This document shows, one piece after another, positions 40,345-50,202 of a DNA stretch of 64,000 nucleotides. The translations under genes and the position numbers were made by a program. The notes below the pieces were generated by a model that did no database searches, had not been told where the DNA came from, and saw only the letters and a list, made by a program, of their open reading frames with translations. The number at the start of each line of letters is the position of its first letter. Positions within the stretch are counted from its first letter, which is position 1. This stretch comes from Myxococcota bacterium (lineage in GTDB: Bacteria > Myxococcota_A > SURF-8), in contig CAXXQS010000002.1 in assembly GCA_963674735.2 (NCBI GenBank), positions 992,001 through 1,056,000 of the forward strand, in the 5' to 3' direction.

Positions 40345-41670
40345 TCAGTCGCCCACGGGTTGAGCAAGCCGGACTTTCAAGCGCCAGATGCGCACCGACA
40401 AGGTCAAAACGCCGTAGGCGGTCATCATCCAGTAGCCGGGGTAATAGGCACCGGCCAACAAGAAGGGGATCAAGGTCCAGATATAGGTGTTGCGACGCCC
40501 CGAGATCACCCGGAAACGACGCTCGAAGTCGCCCGCATCATCGAGCTGGATGTTACGACGCTTTTTCATCACCAGACCCACGTAGATGTCGGCCATATTA
40601 CAGAAGAACAGGATTCCGAACAGAATATACGGCATTTGCCCGTATCCCTGATTCGACAGGTAGTAGGCCATAGCCCAATACCAGGTGTTTTCGTAAATTT
40701 TATCGAGTACCTCTTCGATGCGCCCGAATTCCGACGTCATCATTTTTACGCGCGCCTGCTTGCCGTCCAGGCCGTCGAGAATGCCCACCGCCAGCGCACC
40801 GGCCATCGCCGGAACCAACGCACCCACGGCAAAGGCGTAAGCCGCCGCAAAGGCCACGATATTGTTGATCAACGTGAGTTGGTTGGGCGTAATCGACCAT
40901 TCGCAGATGTGATAGACGATCCATTTTTCGATGGGCCGGTGAATGTACCAGGCGGGCCAGTCGAGCACGCTTTTCTGGGCGTGATTCAACAGCTCGCGTT
41001 TGGCCGCAGGGTTGTCTCCCGGACGACTGATCGGCAGCCACAAATAGGGCACGTCCCGGCGCATATCGTAGTGATAAGTCGGCAAAGTTGCGGTATCGAC
41101 GAGCGCATCGGGGCTATCGGACACAACCGATTTCAGCAATTCAGCGAGCCAGGCGTCGCCTTTTTCGGGTTTGAGCGCACCGATGCGTCCGGCCCGCAGT
41201 CGCGCCACACCGTTGAAAATATAGGATTTACCACCCAACTCCAATTTCAAACCGCGTGCCGCATCGCCGGAAGCCGCCACACTCTCGGGTAGCAGCGCAA
41301 CCTGCTCGTCGGCGCTCTCACCGAATGAATTGGACAGCCGCTCATCGAACAGGGACGCACCGTCGAGCAACAGCCAGGGGGCGTTGTCGTTGGCCGCAAA
41401 CGTACCGTCCAGATCCAGCCGTCCATCGGCGCCCGGCCACGTCAGCCGCAGACGCATCTTGAGCGAAGCCAGCCGATCCATTTCGGCCTGCAACGCCTCA
41501 TCGCGTCCGGCCGCCACCACCAGCGCCTCCGATACCCCGGCCTTGCGCAGGATCCGCACCTGTCGCTCAAGCAAAGTGATACCGCCGATACGAATCAGCG
41601 CGCGCGGTCCCGAACCGCTTTCGGTCGGTGCCGTGGCCGCGATCAATCCACGCAAATTGCGAGTATTCAT
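40345..41670 (-). CDS. NTP-transferase-like domain fused to a CDP-alcohol phosphotransferase
   Basis: N-terminal PRAL..IGGITLLERQV..AGV; C-terminal ITPNQLT and LDGLDGKQAR. Confidence 0.85.
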   Translation of the reverse strand: MNTRNLRGLIAATAPTESGSGPRALIRIGGITLLERQVRILRKAGVSEALVVAAGRDEALQAEMDRLASLKMRLRLTWPGADGRLDLDGTFAANDNAPWLLLDGASLFDERLSNSFGESADEQVALLPESVAASGDAARGLKLELGGKSYIFNGVARLRAGRIGALKPEKGDAWLAELLKSVVSDSPDALVDTATLPTYHYDMRRDVPYLWLPISRPGDNPAAKRELLNHAQKSVLDWPAWYIHRPIEKWIVYHICEWSITPNQLTLINNIVAFAAAYAFAVGALVPAMAGALAVGILDGLDGKQARVKMMTSEFGRIEEVLDKIYENTWYWAMAYYLSNQGYGQMPYILFGILFFCNMADIYVGLVMKKRRNIQLDDAGDFERRFRVISGRRNTYIWTLIPFLLAGAYYPGYWMMTAYGVLTLSVRIWRLKVRLAQPVGD

Positions 41671-43187
41671 TCCGTTTTACCTCGAATTCCCAAACGCCCC
41701 AAGACCTTGTGCGCCACCGCGCGTTCTTCCCGCGCGGGACCGAGCGCCAGAAGCAAGGGGAAATAAACCACCAGATAAACCAACGCAAATCCCAACTCAG
41801 CCAGGGTTCCATCCAAACCGGAAACGGCTTTGGCCGCAAAAACCATCCCAAAGGCCGCCAAGGCTGAAAACACGGCCTTCAAGTGATAAACCGTGAACGG
41901 ATGCAGCTTGAACAAGACACTCACCTCGATCAGACGAGCGGCATTCATGGCCGAATAGGCGATCACGATGGCCGCCGCCGCACCCTCCATTCCGTATTGA
42001 GGAATCAACAGCACGTTCAACGTCACGTTGATCGCGATGGTGCCGATCGTGTTGGCCAGGTTCAACATCGGCCGGTCGATCAGGATAAAGAGCTCAGACA
42101 CCCCCAAAACTCCGTTGATCATCACCGACAGCGCCAAGAGTGCCAACGTGACGGTGCCGGCCGTGAAATCGGCTCCGAACAGGGCCATGAGCGGTCTGCC
42201 CGCCAGCACTACCACACCCAAAAGGGCGGCGTCAAGGATCAGGATCCAGCGAGTGACATTTTGATATTGCAGCCGCATGGCCGCCCGGTCCTTGATTTCA
42301 TGGGCGGCCGAGATCACCGGGATGAAGATGGGATCGAAGCTCTGACGCACCTTCTTTACGGTGAAGGCCGCTTCTTCGGCCATTCCGTAAACACCGACCA
42401 TGGCAGTGGGCACATAACGTCCCACCATGAACATATCGATCCGCTGTAGAAGCAGGTTCAGCATATCGTAAAACCCGATGGGTGCAGCGAATCGCAATAA
42501 ATCACCCCGCCCCGGTCGTTCGAACAAACTTCGCAGCACTTTCTTGAGCGACATCTCTTTCGAAAAGAAATAAGCCGCCAATGCCGCGCCCGCCGCCACG
42601 GAACACAGAAAAGCGATGGACAGCCCCGTGATTCCGGCGTCGAGCCAGAATAGCGGCAAGGCCAACGCCAGCATCACCAGCGGTTCAACCACCCGCTTGG
42701 TAATAACCTCGTAACGCATCACCCGCAGAGCGCGCGTGGCGAATAATAAAACAGCGGAGATCGTCCAGAACGGCATGCCCCAGGCCATCACGCGCAACGG
42801 CAGAATCAACTCGGGCTTGTCGTAAAACGCCAAAGCTGCCGGAGCGGCCAGAAGTTCGAGCAGGGCCACCATCACCGCAGAGGCAACCAGACCGATCATC
42901 AGCGCCTGAGCCACGGCGCGGTGTAACGCTTCTGTATCGCCCCGCGCGTGATGCCGCGCCGCAACGGCCAGAATGCCGCGATCAAGCCCTAAAATGCCCA
43001 GCTTCGACACCACATCCACACTGGCCCACGAAAGCAGATAAAGGCCCGTCAATTCCGCCCCGTAAAGACGGCCGAGAACAATGTAGAAGACGAAGTTCAG
43101 GCTGGAGGCCAGAACCCCGATAAAGTTCACCAAGGCCCCCCGGACGATGTCGCGCGTATCGCGACGGCTGGTTTCGTGTGCGCTCAT
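41667..43187 (-). CDS. Wzx/MOP-superfamily flippase
   Basis: About 14 hydrophobic segments; GRLYGAELTGLY, RIDMFMVG, VGVYG, NVLLIPQYGMEGAA. Confidence 0.85.
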   Translation of the reverse strand: MSAHETSRRDTRDIVRGALVNFIGVLASSLNFVFYIVLGRLYGAELTGLYLLSWASVDVVSKLGILGLDRGILAVAARHHARGDTEALHRAVAQALMIGLVASAVMVALLELLAAPAALAFYDKPELILPLRVMAWGMPFWTISAVLLFATRALRVMRYEVITKRVVEPLVMLALALPLFWLDAGITGLSIAFLCSVAAGAALAAYFFSKEMSLKKVLRSLFERPGRGDLLRFAAPIGFYDMLNLLLQRIDMFMVGRYVPTAMVGVYGMAEEAAFTVKKVRQSFDPIFIPVISAAHEIKDRAAMRLQYQNVTRWILILDAALLGVVVLAGRPLMALFGADFTAGTVTLALLALSVMINGVLGVSELFILIDRPMLNLANTIGTIAINVTLNVLLIPQYGMEGAAAAIVIAYSAMNAARLIEVSVLFKLHPFTVYHLKAVFSALAAFGMVFAAKAVSGLDGTLAELGFALVYLVVYFPLLLALGPAREERAVAHKVLGRLGIRGKTE

Positions 43188-43205
43188 TGAATGTTCGGCA
43201 GTCGC

Positions 43206-44279
43206 CTACGGATTGATAAGCTGCATGACATAGTCGCGGTTTTCCTTGATCACGATCGTCTCCGCTTCACCGCCTTCCGTTACGGGCGGTAAAGTCAGCG
43301 TGAACTGAAAATCGCCGTTGAAGGTATAGTCGATCGGTTCCGATACCCGCGCCACCACGAAGCTTTCCAGTTTGGAGAGATCGTCCAATACATCTTTCCG
43401 ACGTAACAGCTTTTTCTGCCGGAGTGTCACCTCAAGCTTGCAGCCGTCTTTCTCGGATGAAATCGTCACCATTTTCGGTAACTTGTACTTGTTTTTCGAT
43501 TTGCTGTCCTGCACCGCCCCTTTGAAAGTCACCTTCGGATTAAGAGTCGCAAACAGGGTGCGCTCTTTCTGCCCCAGCCAGATCCATCCGCGATCGAGAC
43601 CTTGCGGACCCGCCTGGTCGGTGGCGAAACCGGTGAAAAGCGCTGTGGTATCGCCGCTGAAGAACTTGAATTTCAACCAGCGGCGCGCCAGCTTGTGTGG
43701 GGGAATGGTCGTCCAGCTGTGGTCCACCAACCCGGTCCCCACGATCGGCAACGACTTGCCTTTGATGGTCATCACGCCTTTGAATGCCGCGCGCGGGGCC
43801 AACAAGACCATGTCGTACACGCCGTTTTTCTCGTACAGATGTCCGCCCGCCGCCGGATTGAAACCGGGGGTGAGAGACGTAATGGTCAATTCGGTTGACA
43901 AATCGCCATCACCCGCCTTGATATAAAGCGCATCGCCGCGCTTTTCGATGACCGACCCCTCGAAATCGAGCGCAAAGCGATCTTTGGCGAAGCGCCAATC
44001 GTCACCCACTTTGATCTTGGTGGCCAAACGTTTCATCCTGGGAGTGGTGACTTCCACCTTGACGGCGCCCTTTTTATCGCCAAGCCCGATATTGGACACC
44101 ACAAACTGCACGTGCACGTAAAAACCGTTTTCCGCCCAGACGGAACTCGACCATTGCTCGGTGTAAAATTCGTCGGAGGCAAGGTGGGGCTGATAGTCGC
44201 CCAACGGCAACGCGAAAGCGGGCGTGGCCAACAACCACAAACCCGTCAAGACTGTCAGAAAATGTTTCAACAGGGTCAT
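43206..44279 (-). CDS. Secreted AttH/CrtC/Svf1-like (lipocalin-like fold) protein
   Basis: AAAGGAG RBS; signal peptide ending AFA; YTEQW, APRA..KG, GLVDHSW..PHKLARRW.KF. Confidence 0.6.
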   Translation of the reverse strand: MTLLKHFLTVLTGLWLLATPAFALPLGDYQPHLASDEFYTEQWSSSVWAENGFYVHVQFVVSNIGLGDKKGAVKVEVTTPRMKRLATKIKVGDDWRFAKDRFALDFEGSVIEKRGDALYIKAGDGDLSTELTITSLTPGFNPAAGGHLYEKNGVYDMVLLAPRAAFKGVMTIKGKSLPIVGTGLVDHSWTTIPPHKLARRWLKFKFFSGDTTALFTGFATDQAGPQGLDRGWIWLGQKERTLFATLNPKVTFKGAVQDSKSKNKYKLPKMVTISSEKDGCKLEVTLRQKKLLRRKDVLDDLSKLESFVVARVSEPIDYTFNGDFQFTLTLPPVTEGGEAETIVIKENRDYVMQLINP

Positions 44280-44924
44280 GAAATCTCCTTTCCGGTCGAA
44301 AGCCTCCCGCACTTTCAACCGAAGCAAGCGCGGGATTCTACCGCAAATTGCGCGGCAATGCCAGAAAACGGACGATTAGGTCACGATTACAAGAACTTCG
44401 GGAGTCGGATGCTCGATGCTCACTCACAGGATGACAGTCGCGTCGCATAGCAGCAATCGATTCGTTCAATCCCGAATTCATCCCATTCTCCGATTCTCAC
44501 CGGAAATAGAATCGCCATCCGCAGCCCGAAGCTCAGCTACATCATGAGTGTTTTCAAAGAGTTAACAGATTCCTTTCTAAGGCTATCGTTTTATCCGTTG
44601 CCGGGCATTGCCACCCTCATTAAACAGGTAACACGAACAGCCCCGCCATTCGTTACCGGCACACAACATCCGCACGACAATAAAGCTCGCATTTCGGATG
44701 GCCAGTCGAACGAGATGCCAACCGATATCGAATCGGACGGCACTCATGAAAAAAACGATCGGATACGGCTTGTCGAAAGGAAGAAGAGTAGGGTTTTTTA
44801 TGAAATTGTGGTATATATGAGCTTCTGCGTTTCGGGAACCCTCTCATGACGGGGCCGTCTGTTCGGGGTTCCTTGTTCGATTCCGACAATCAGGACCCCT
44901 GCGAAAGGGCGAAAGGAGAGCACC

Positions 44925-45275
44925 ATGAGCACAACCATGCTGGCTTACTGCGGCTTGGCCTGCAACCGCTGCCCCGCTTATCTGGCGACTCAAAACAACG
45001 ACGACGCCCTGCGCAAACAAACGGCGATCGAGTGGTCCAAGATGTACAATGCCGAGATTCGTCCGGAACACATCAACTGCGACGGCTGCAAAAGCGGCTC
45101 CGAACGGCTCTTTTTCCATTGTTCCCAATGTGGAATCCGCAGCTGCACAACGGAGAAAGCCTACCAAACCTGCGCCGACTGTGGCGACTACCCCTGCGAC
45201 CAACTCTCTTTCGTTATCAACGCCGTGCCTGAAGCCCGTGCAGCCTTGGAAATGTTACGCGAGTCCATTAAGTAA
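44925..45275 (+). CDS. DUF3795 family Cys-rich protein
   Basis: YCGLACNRCPAY..CDGCK..CSQCGIRSC..CADCGDYPC. Confidence 0.85.
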   Translation: MSTTMLAYCGLACNRCPAYLATQNNDDALRKQTAIEWSKMYNAEIRPEHINCDGCKSGSERLFFHCSQCGIRSCTTEKAYQTCADCGDYPCDQLSFVINAVPEARAALEMLRESIK

Positions 45276-45386
45276 GCCAAGGCTCTTTTGAGTGGATGGT
45301 TTTAGGAAACTACGCCTGCTAAATCAAGCCCTTTTGCGCCTTAACCAACCGGAAATAATAGATTATTTCGCCTCTACATTTCAAGC

Positions 45387-45415
45387 TTGCCCAAGGCTGA
45401 AGTGCATGCTAGGAT
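45387..45415 (+). promoter_or_regulatory. Sigma70-type promoter for thyX-pur
   Basis: TTGCCC-17nt-TAGGAT with an extended TG. Confidence 0.55.
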
Positions 45416-45499
45416 GCACGCGCCCGACGGGGTAACCGATAAAAAAGGGGGCTGAAAACGCCGCCGATTTGCCGCCCGTCCGATACGAAAGGAGCGCCC

Positions 45500-46303
45500 A
45501 TGGGTCATGTCACCACCCCGGAAGCCGAAGCCCTGCTCGACAAACCGATTGCCGTTTTAGATCACGGATTTGTCCGCATGGTGGACTACCTGGGATCCGA
45601 TGCTCGCATCGTCCAATCGGCGCGTGTGTCTTACGGCGAAGGGACGAAAACCGTCCGCGAAGACAAAGGTCTGATCAACTACCTGCTCAGACACCAGCAC
45701 ATGTCCCCCTTCGAGCAAGTGGTGTTCACCTTTCATCTTAAAATGCCCATTTTCGTGGCCCGCCAACTGGTGCGCCACCGCACGGCCCGTTTGAATGAAA
45801 TCTCGGGACGTTACAGCAAGATGCTCAACGAGTTCTACCTGCCCACCGAAGAACGGGTGGCTTTTCAAAGCAACAGTAACCGGCAGGGCTCCAGCGACAA
45901 GGATGTCCCGGACGAACTGCGCAAGAAGGTGATCGAAACGCTCACCGGCGTCTACGACAGCGCCTATCAAGGCTACGAAGAAATGATCGAGGCCGACATC
46001 AGCCGCGAATTGGCGCGGGCGGCCTTGCCTTTGTCCCTTTACACGGAGATGTACTGGCAGATCGACCTACGCAACCTGATGCACTTCATCGCCTTGCGCG
46101 CCGACAGCCACGCCCAGCATGAAATTCAGGTTTACGCCAACGCCATGGCTACATGCGTGCAAGCGGTCACGCCATATACCTGGGAAGCGTTCGATCGCCA
46201 CGTCCTCGGCTCCAAAAAGCTCAACCGCGAGCAGCTGGCCGAACTGGTGGAGGCGCTTGGCGAAAGTCATCCCGACCTGTTACGCAAACTGAACCTGATT
46301 TGA
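45500..46303 (+). CDS. thyX: FAD-dependent thymidylate synthase
   Basis: ARVSY, HMSPFEQ, RQLVRHRTARLNEISGRY, LRADSHAQHEI. Confidence 0.96.
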   Translation: MGHVTTPEAEALLDKPIAVLDHGFVRMVDYLGSDARIVQSARVSYGEGTKTVREDKGLINYLLRHQHMSPFEQVVFTFHLKMPIFVARQLVRHRTARLNEISGRYSKMLNEFYLPTEERVAFQSNSNRQGSSDKDVPDELRKKVIETLTGVYDSAYQGYEEMIEADISRELARAALPLSLYTEMYWQIDLRNLMHFIALRADSHAQHEIQVYANAMATCVQAVTPYTWEAFDRHVLGSKKLNREQLAELVEALGESHPDLLRKLNLI

Positions 46304-46357
46304 CCTCACGGCCGCCTTGCGACAGGCGGCCGTTTGCTTTTCGGAGGATTCACTTAC

Positions 46358-49351
46358 ATGGCAGCGCGAATCGAAGTCATCCATAAGCCCGCAGTGGTCG
46401 ACGCCGCCGGGGCATCCATCCAACGCCGCCTCAAACGCGATCTCGGCCTGACGGTCGACGATTTGCGCGTGGTGCAGGTGTACACCATCGACAAAGAGCT
46501 GACGTCCGAACAACTCGACCAACTGCGCAAGCGGCTCTTCACCGATCCGGTGACCCAGGACTCGGTCATCAACCAGTCCGTTTCAACCGCCTTCGACTGG
46601 GCCATTGAAATCGGCTACCTGCCGGGCGTCACCGACAATGCGGGCCGCACCAGCCGCGACGGCATCCAGGATCTATTGGGCTTGCGTTTCGATGAAGGTG
46701 AAGCGGTCTATACTTCCGAACTGCTTCTGATCAAAGGCGCGCTCAAAGCCGCCGAAGCCGAGCGCATCGCCGGTCTGCTGTCGAACCCGCTCATCCATCG
46801 CGTAGCCGTGAAAGACAAAGCCACCTTCGATAAAACGGGCGACATGGACATGACGCCGCCCAAAGTCACGCTGGCCCCCAATCCGCGCGTGGACGACGTC
46901 GACCTGGAATTGCCCGAAGCGGATCTCAAGATTTTGTCATCCCAAGGCATTCTCGACCATGTCGAGGAGGGGCGGGAAATCCGCCGCGGTCCGCTCGCAC
47001 TGGACATGGACCAGATGGAGGTCATCCGCGCCTACTTTAAAAAAGAAGGCCGCAAGCCCACCGACGTCGAGCTGGAATCGCTGGCGCAGACCTGGTCGGA
47101 ACACTGCAAACACACCATCTTCGCGGCGCAAGTCGACGATGTGACAAGCTTGTATAAAACCTACATCCAGCGCGCCACTCGCGAAATCCGCGAAGCCCTG
47201 GGAAACGACGACTGGTGCGTGTCGGTTTTCTCCGACAACTCGGGCGTCATCAAGTTCGTCGACGGCCACAACATCTGCTACAAAGTCGAAACGCACAACA
47301 GCCCCTCGGCGCTGGATCCTTACGGCGGGGCCATCACCGGCATCGTGGGCGTCAATCGCGACCCGCTGGGCACCGGCATCGGCGCGCGGCTGGTCACCAA
47401 CATGTACGGCTATTGTTTCGGCAACCCTTACTACGACAAGCCGCTGCCCTATCGCCGACCCGGTAAACAGGATCCGATCCTGCATCCGCGCGTCATTTTC
47501 GAAGGCGTGCGCCTGGGCGTCGAACACGGCGGCAATAAGTCAGGCATCCCCACCAGTTGGGGTTTCCTCTCCTTCGACGACCGCTACATGGGTAAGCCGC
47601 TGGTATTCGTGGGAACCTTGGGCCTTATGCCCGAAACGATCAACGGCCAGCCGAGCGAGCAGAAGCAGGCCTTGCCGGGAGACGTCATCATCATGGCGGG
47701 CGGACGTGTGGGAGCCGACGGCATCCACGGCGCCACCTTCTCATCCGAAAGCCTGCATGCCGGATCGCCCACCGGCGCGGTGCAGATCGGCGACCCCATC
47801 ACCCAGAAAAAACTTGGCGACGCCCAACTCGAAGCGCGCGACCTGGGATTGTACCGCTCCATTACCGACAACGGCGCGGGCGGACTGAGCTGCTCGGTGG
47901 GTGAAATGGCGCTGGAATCGGGCGGCTGCGAAGTGGCGCTCGATAAAATCCCGATCAAATACGCGGGCCTGGCTCCCAACGAAATCTGGATCAGCGAGTC
48001 GCAGGAACGCATGACCTACGCCGTTCAGCCGGAAAACGTCGACGCGTTCATGGACCTCATGCGTCGCCGCGACGTCGAGGCCACCATCATCGGCCATTTC
48101 ACCGACAGCGGGCGCTGCGTGGCCACCTTCGAAGGCCGGGCGGTGATGGACGTCGAACTCGATTTCCTGCACGACGGTTTACCTAAAAAACTCTTGAATT
48201 CCAGCTATACACCGCCCAAACACCCCGAACCGATCTTGCCGGGCTCCGAAACGCTGGCTACCGACTGGATCGCGTTGATGGGGTCGCTCAATCTGTGCTC
48301 CAAGGAATACGTCGTGCGCCAGTACGACCACGAAGTGCAGGGCGGCTCGACCGTCAAACCGCTGGTCGGTCGTCAACTCGACGTCCATTCCGATTGCGCC
48401 GTGGTGCGACCGCTTCTGAATAATGCGGCAGGCGTGGGCTTGTCGTCGGCGCTGTATCCAAGCTACGGCGACATCGATCCCTACGCCATGGCCGCCTGCG
48501 CCATCGATACGGCATTGCGCAATCAACTCGCGGCGGGAGCCGATCCCGAACGCGTGGCGCTACTCGACAATTTCTGCTGGTGCAGTTCCAACGAGCCCGA
48601 GCGCCTGGGCCAACTCAAACTCACCGCGCAGGCCTGTTACGAAACGGCCGTGGCCTACCGCACCCCGTTCATCTCGGGCAAAGACAGTATGTTCAACGAC
48701 TTCAAAGGCTTCGACGACAACGACCAACCCGTCAAAATATCGGTACCCCCGACCCTGCTGGTGTCGTCCGTAGGCGTTTTGCCCAAAGCGCACTTCGCCC
48801 TCACCCTCGACGCCAAGGCCGCCGGCGACCTGGTTTATGTCGTCGGCACCACCCGCGACGAACTGGGCGGCTCGGAATACTTCCGCCTGCTGGGCGAACG
48901 AGAAAGCGGTCAGCCCTATCTGGGCAACCGGGTACCGACCCTCGATCCCGAAGCGAACATACCGGTTTATAAAGCCTTTTACCGCTGCATACGCGAACGC
49001 CTGCTGGCTTCGGCGGCCAGCGTCCATCTGGGCGGCTTGGCGGCGGCGGCGGCCAAAACCGCCATGGCGGGCGAACTGGGCCTGACACTCGATCTCGATG
49101 CCCTGCCCGCCGACGGCCTGGACGATCCGCTACGACTCCTGTTTTCGGAGTCCCAGGGACGTTTTCTGGTAACCATGCCGAAAGCCAGCACGGGTCGTTT
49201 CGAAGCGTTATTCGCCAACCTGCCCTGCGCTCGCGTGGGTCTGGTAACCGAAGCGCCCGTCATCTCGGTCACGCAGGGCTCGGGTCCGGCGCTGGCGACC
49301 ATCGAGCTGGCGGATCTCAAAACAGCTTATAAGCAAACCCTCGATTGGTGA
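46358..49351 (+). CDS. purL: FGAM synthase PurL with fused N-terminal PurS-like domains
   Basis: QTWSEHCKH, KVETHNSPS, DGIHGATFSS, DNGAGGL, SESQERM, QYDHEV, ISGKDS; N-terminal LPGVTDNAG..NPLI. Confidence 0.93.
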   Translation: MAARIEVIHKPAVVDAAGASIQRRLKRDLGLTVDDLRVVQVYTIDKELTSEQLDQLRKRLFTDPVTQDSVINQSVSTAFDWAIEIGYLPGVTDNAGRTSRDGIQDLLGLRFDEGEAVYTSELLLIKGALKAAEAERIAGLLSNPLIHRVAVKDKATFDKTGDMDMTPPKVTLAPNPRVDDVDLELPEADLKILSSQGILDHVEEGREIRRGPLALDMDQMEVIRAYFKKEGRKPTDVELESLAQTWSEHCKHTIFAAQVDDVTSLYKTYIQRATREIREALGNDDWCVSVFSDNSGVIKFVDGHNICYKVETHNSPSALDPYGGAITGIVGVNRDPLGTGIGARLVTNMYGYCFGNPYYDKPLPYRRPGKQDPILHPRVIFEGVRLGVEHGGNKSGIPTSWGFLSFDDRYMGKPLVFVGTLGLMPETINGQPSEQKQALPGDVIIMAGGRVGADGIHGATFSSESLHAGSPTGAVQIGDPITQKKLGDAQLEARDLGLYRSITDNGAGGLSCSVGEMALESGGCEVALDKIPIKYAGLAPNEIWISESQERMTYAVQPENVDAFMDLMRRRDVEATIIGHFTDSGRCVATFEGRAVMDVELDFLHDGLPKKLLNSSYTPPKHPEPILPGSETLATDWIALMGSLNLCSKEYVVRQYDHEVQGGSTVKPLVGRQLDVHSDCAVVRPLLNNAAGVGLSSALYPSYGDIDPYAMAACAIDTALRNQLAAGADPERVALLDNFCWCSSNEPERLGQLKLTAQACYETAVAYRTPFISGKDSMFNDFKGFDDNDQPVKISVPPTLLVSSVGVLPKAHFALTLDAKAAGDLVYVVGTTRDELGGSEYFRLLGERESGQPYLGNRVPTLDPEANIPVYKAFYRCIRERLLASAASVHLGGLAAAAAKTAMAGELGLTLDLDALPADGLDDPLRLLFSESQGRFLVTMPKASTGRFEALFANLPCARVGLVTEAPVISVTQGSGPALATIELADLKTAYKQTLDW

Positions 49352-49368
49352 CAGACAGGGGAATATCC

Positions 49369-50175
49369 ATGGCAAAACCAACCACGCTGGTGCTGACCGG
49401 CTATGGCATCAACTGCGATAACGAAACTCAATTCGCCTTCGAAAAGGCGGGCGGCAAGGCCGAGCGGGTCCACATCAACGACCTGATCGAAGGCCTGAAA
49501 AAGCTCGACGACTACCAGATTCTCGCGTTTCCGGGCGGCTTTTCCTACGGCGACGACATCGCCGCCGGGCGCGTCCTGGCCAACAAGTTCATCGCCAATC
49601 TGCGCGAACCGCTCAAACGCTTTCTCGAAAACGACAAACTGGTGATCGGCATCTGCAACGGTTTTCAGGTCATGGTGAAACTGGGACTGCTCACCGCCGA
49701 CGAAGCCACTCTGGGCGCGCAAACCTTGACGCTGACCTACAATGACTCGGGCCGTTTCGAAGACCGCTGGGTACATGTGAAAAACGAGCGTCCCGACTGC
49801 GTGTGGCTGCGCGGTATCGACGAGCTGCCTCTGCCCGTCGCCCACGGCGAAGGGAAGTTTTTCGCCCCCGACACACAACTCGATCGCTTGGAAGAACGAC
49901 GCCAGGTGGCGCTGCGCTACGTGTTGGAAGACGGCCAACCGGCCGCTGGCGCGTATCCTGCCAACCCCAACGGTTCTCCACGCGATATTGCCGGACTCTG
50001 CGACACGACAGGCCGAGTGTTCGGCCTCATGCCCCATCCCGAACGTTTTCTGAGCTTCATCAACCATCCGCACTGGACGCTTGAATCCGATCGTCTGCGC
50101 CGCAAACAGGAGCCCGTTCCCGAAGACGGCGCCGGGCTGGCCATTTTTAAAAATGCCGTGTCGTATTTCAAGTAG
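49369..50175 (+). CDS. purQ: FGAM synthase glutaminase subunit
   Basis: GINCD, PGGFSYGD, GICNGFQ, AHGEG, NPNGS, MPHPER. Confidence 0.95.
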   Translation: MAKPTTLVLTGYGINCDNETQFAFEKAGGKAERVHINDLIEGLKKLDDYQILAFPGGFSYGDDIAAGRVLANKFIANLREPLKRFLENDKLVIGICNGFQVMVKLGLLTADEATLGAQTLTLTYNDSGRFEDRWVHVKNERPDCVWLRGIDELPLPVAHGEGKFFAPDTQLDRLEERRQVALRYVLEDGQPAAGAYPANPNGSPRDIAGLCDTTGRVFGLMPHPERFLSFINHPHWTLESDRLRRKQEPVPEDGAGLAIFKNAVSYFK

Positions 50176-50202
50176 GCGAACTCCATCGCCGAGGAGGCCG
50201 CG

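Noticed and set aside
44544-44849. 101-aa ORF in the long intergenic region
   Set aside because: No RBS, no recognisable motif, and atypical codon style
45416-45499. Leader of thyX-purL as a ZTP or THF riboswitch
   Set aside because: Only a short GACGGG/CCCGTC stem; the conserved aptamer motifs are absent
46358-46900. PurS-like domains fused to PurL as a novelty
   Set aside because: This fusion with a separate PurQ is already familiar in Deltaproteobacteria-like lineages
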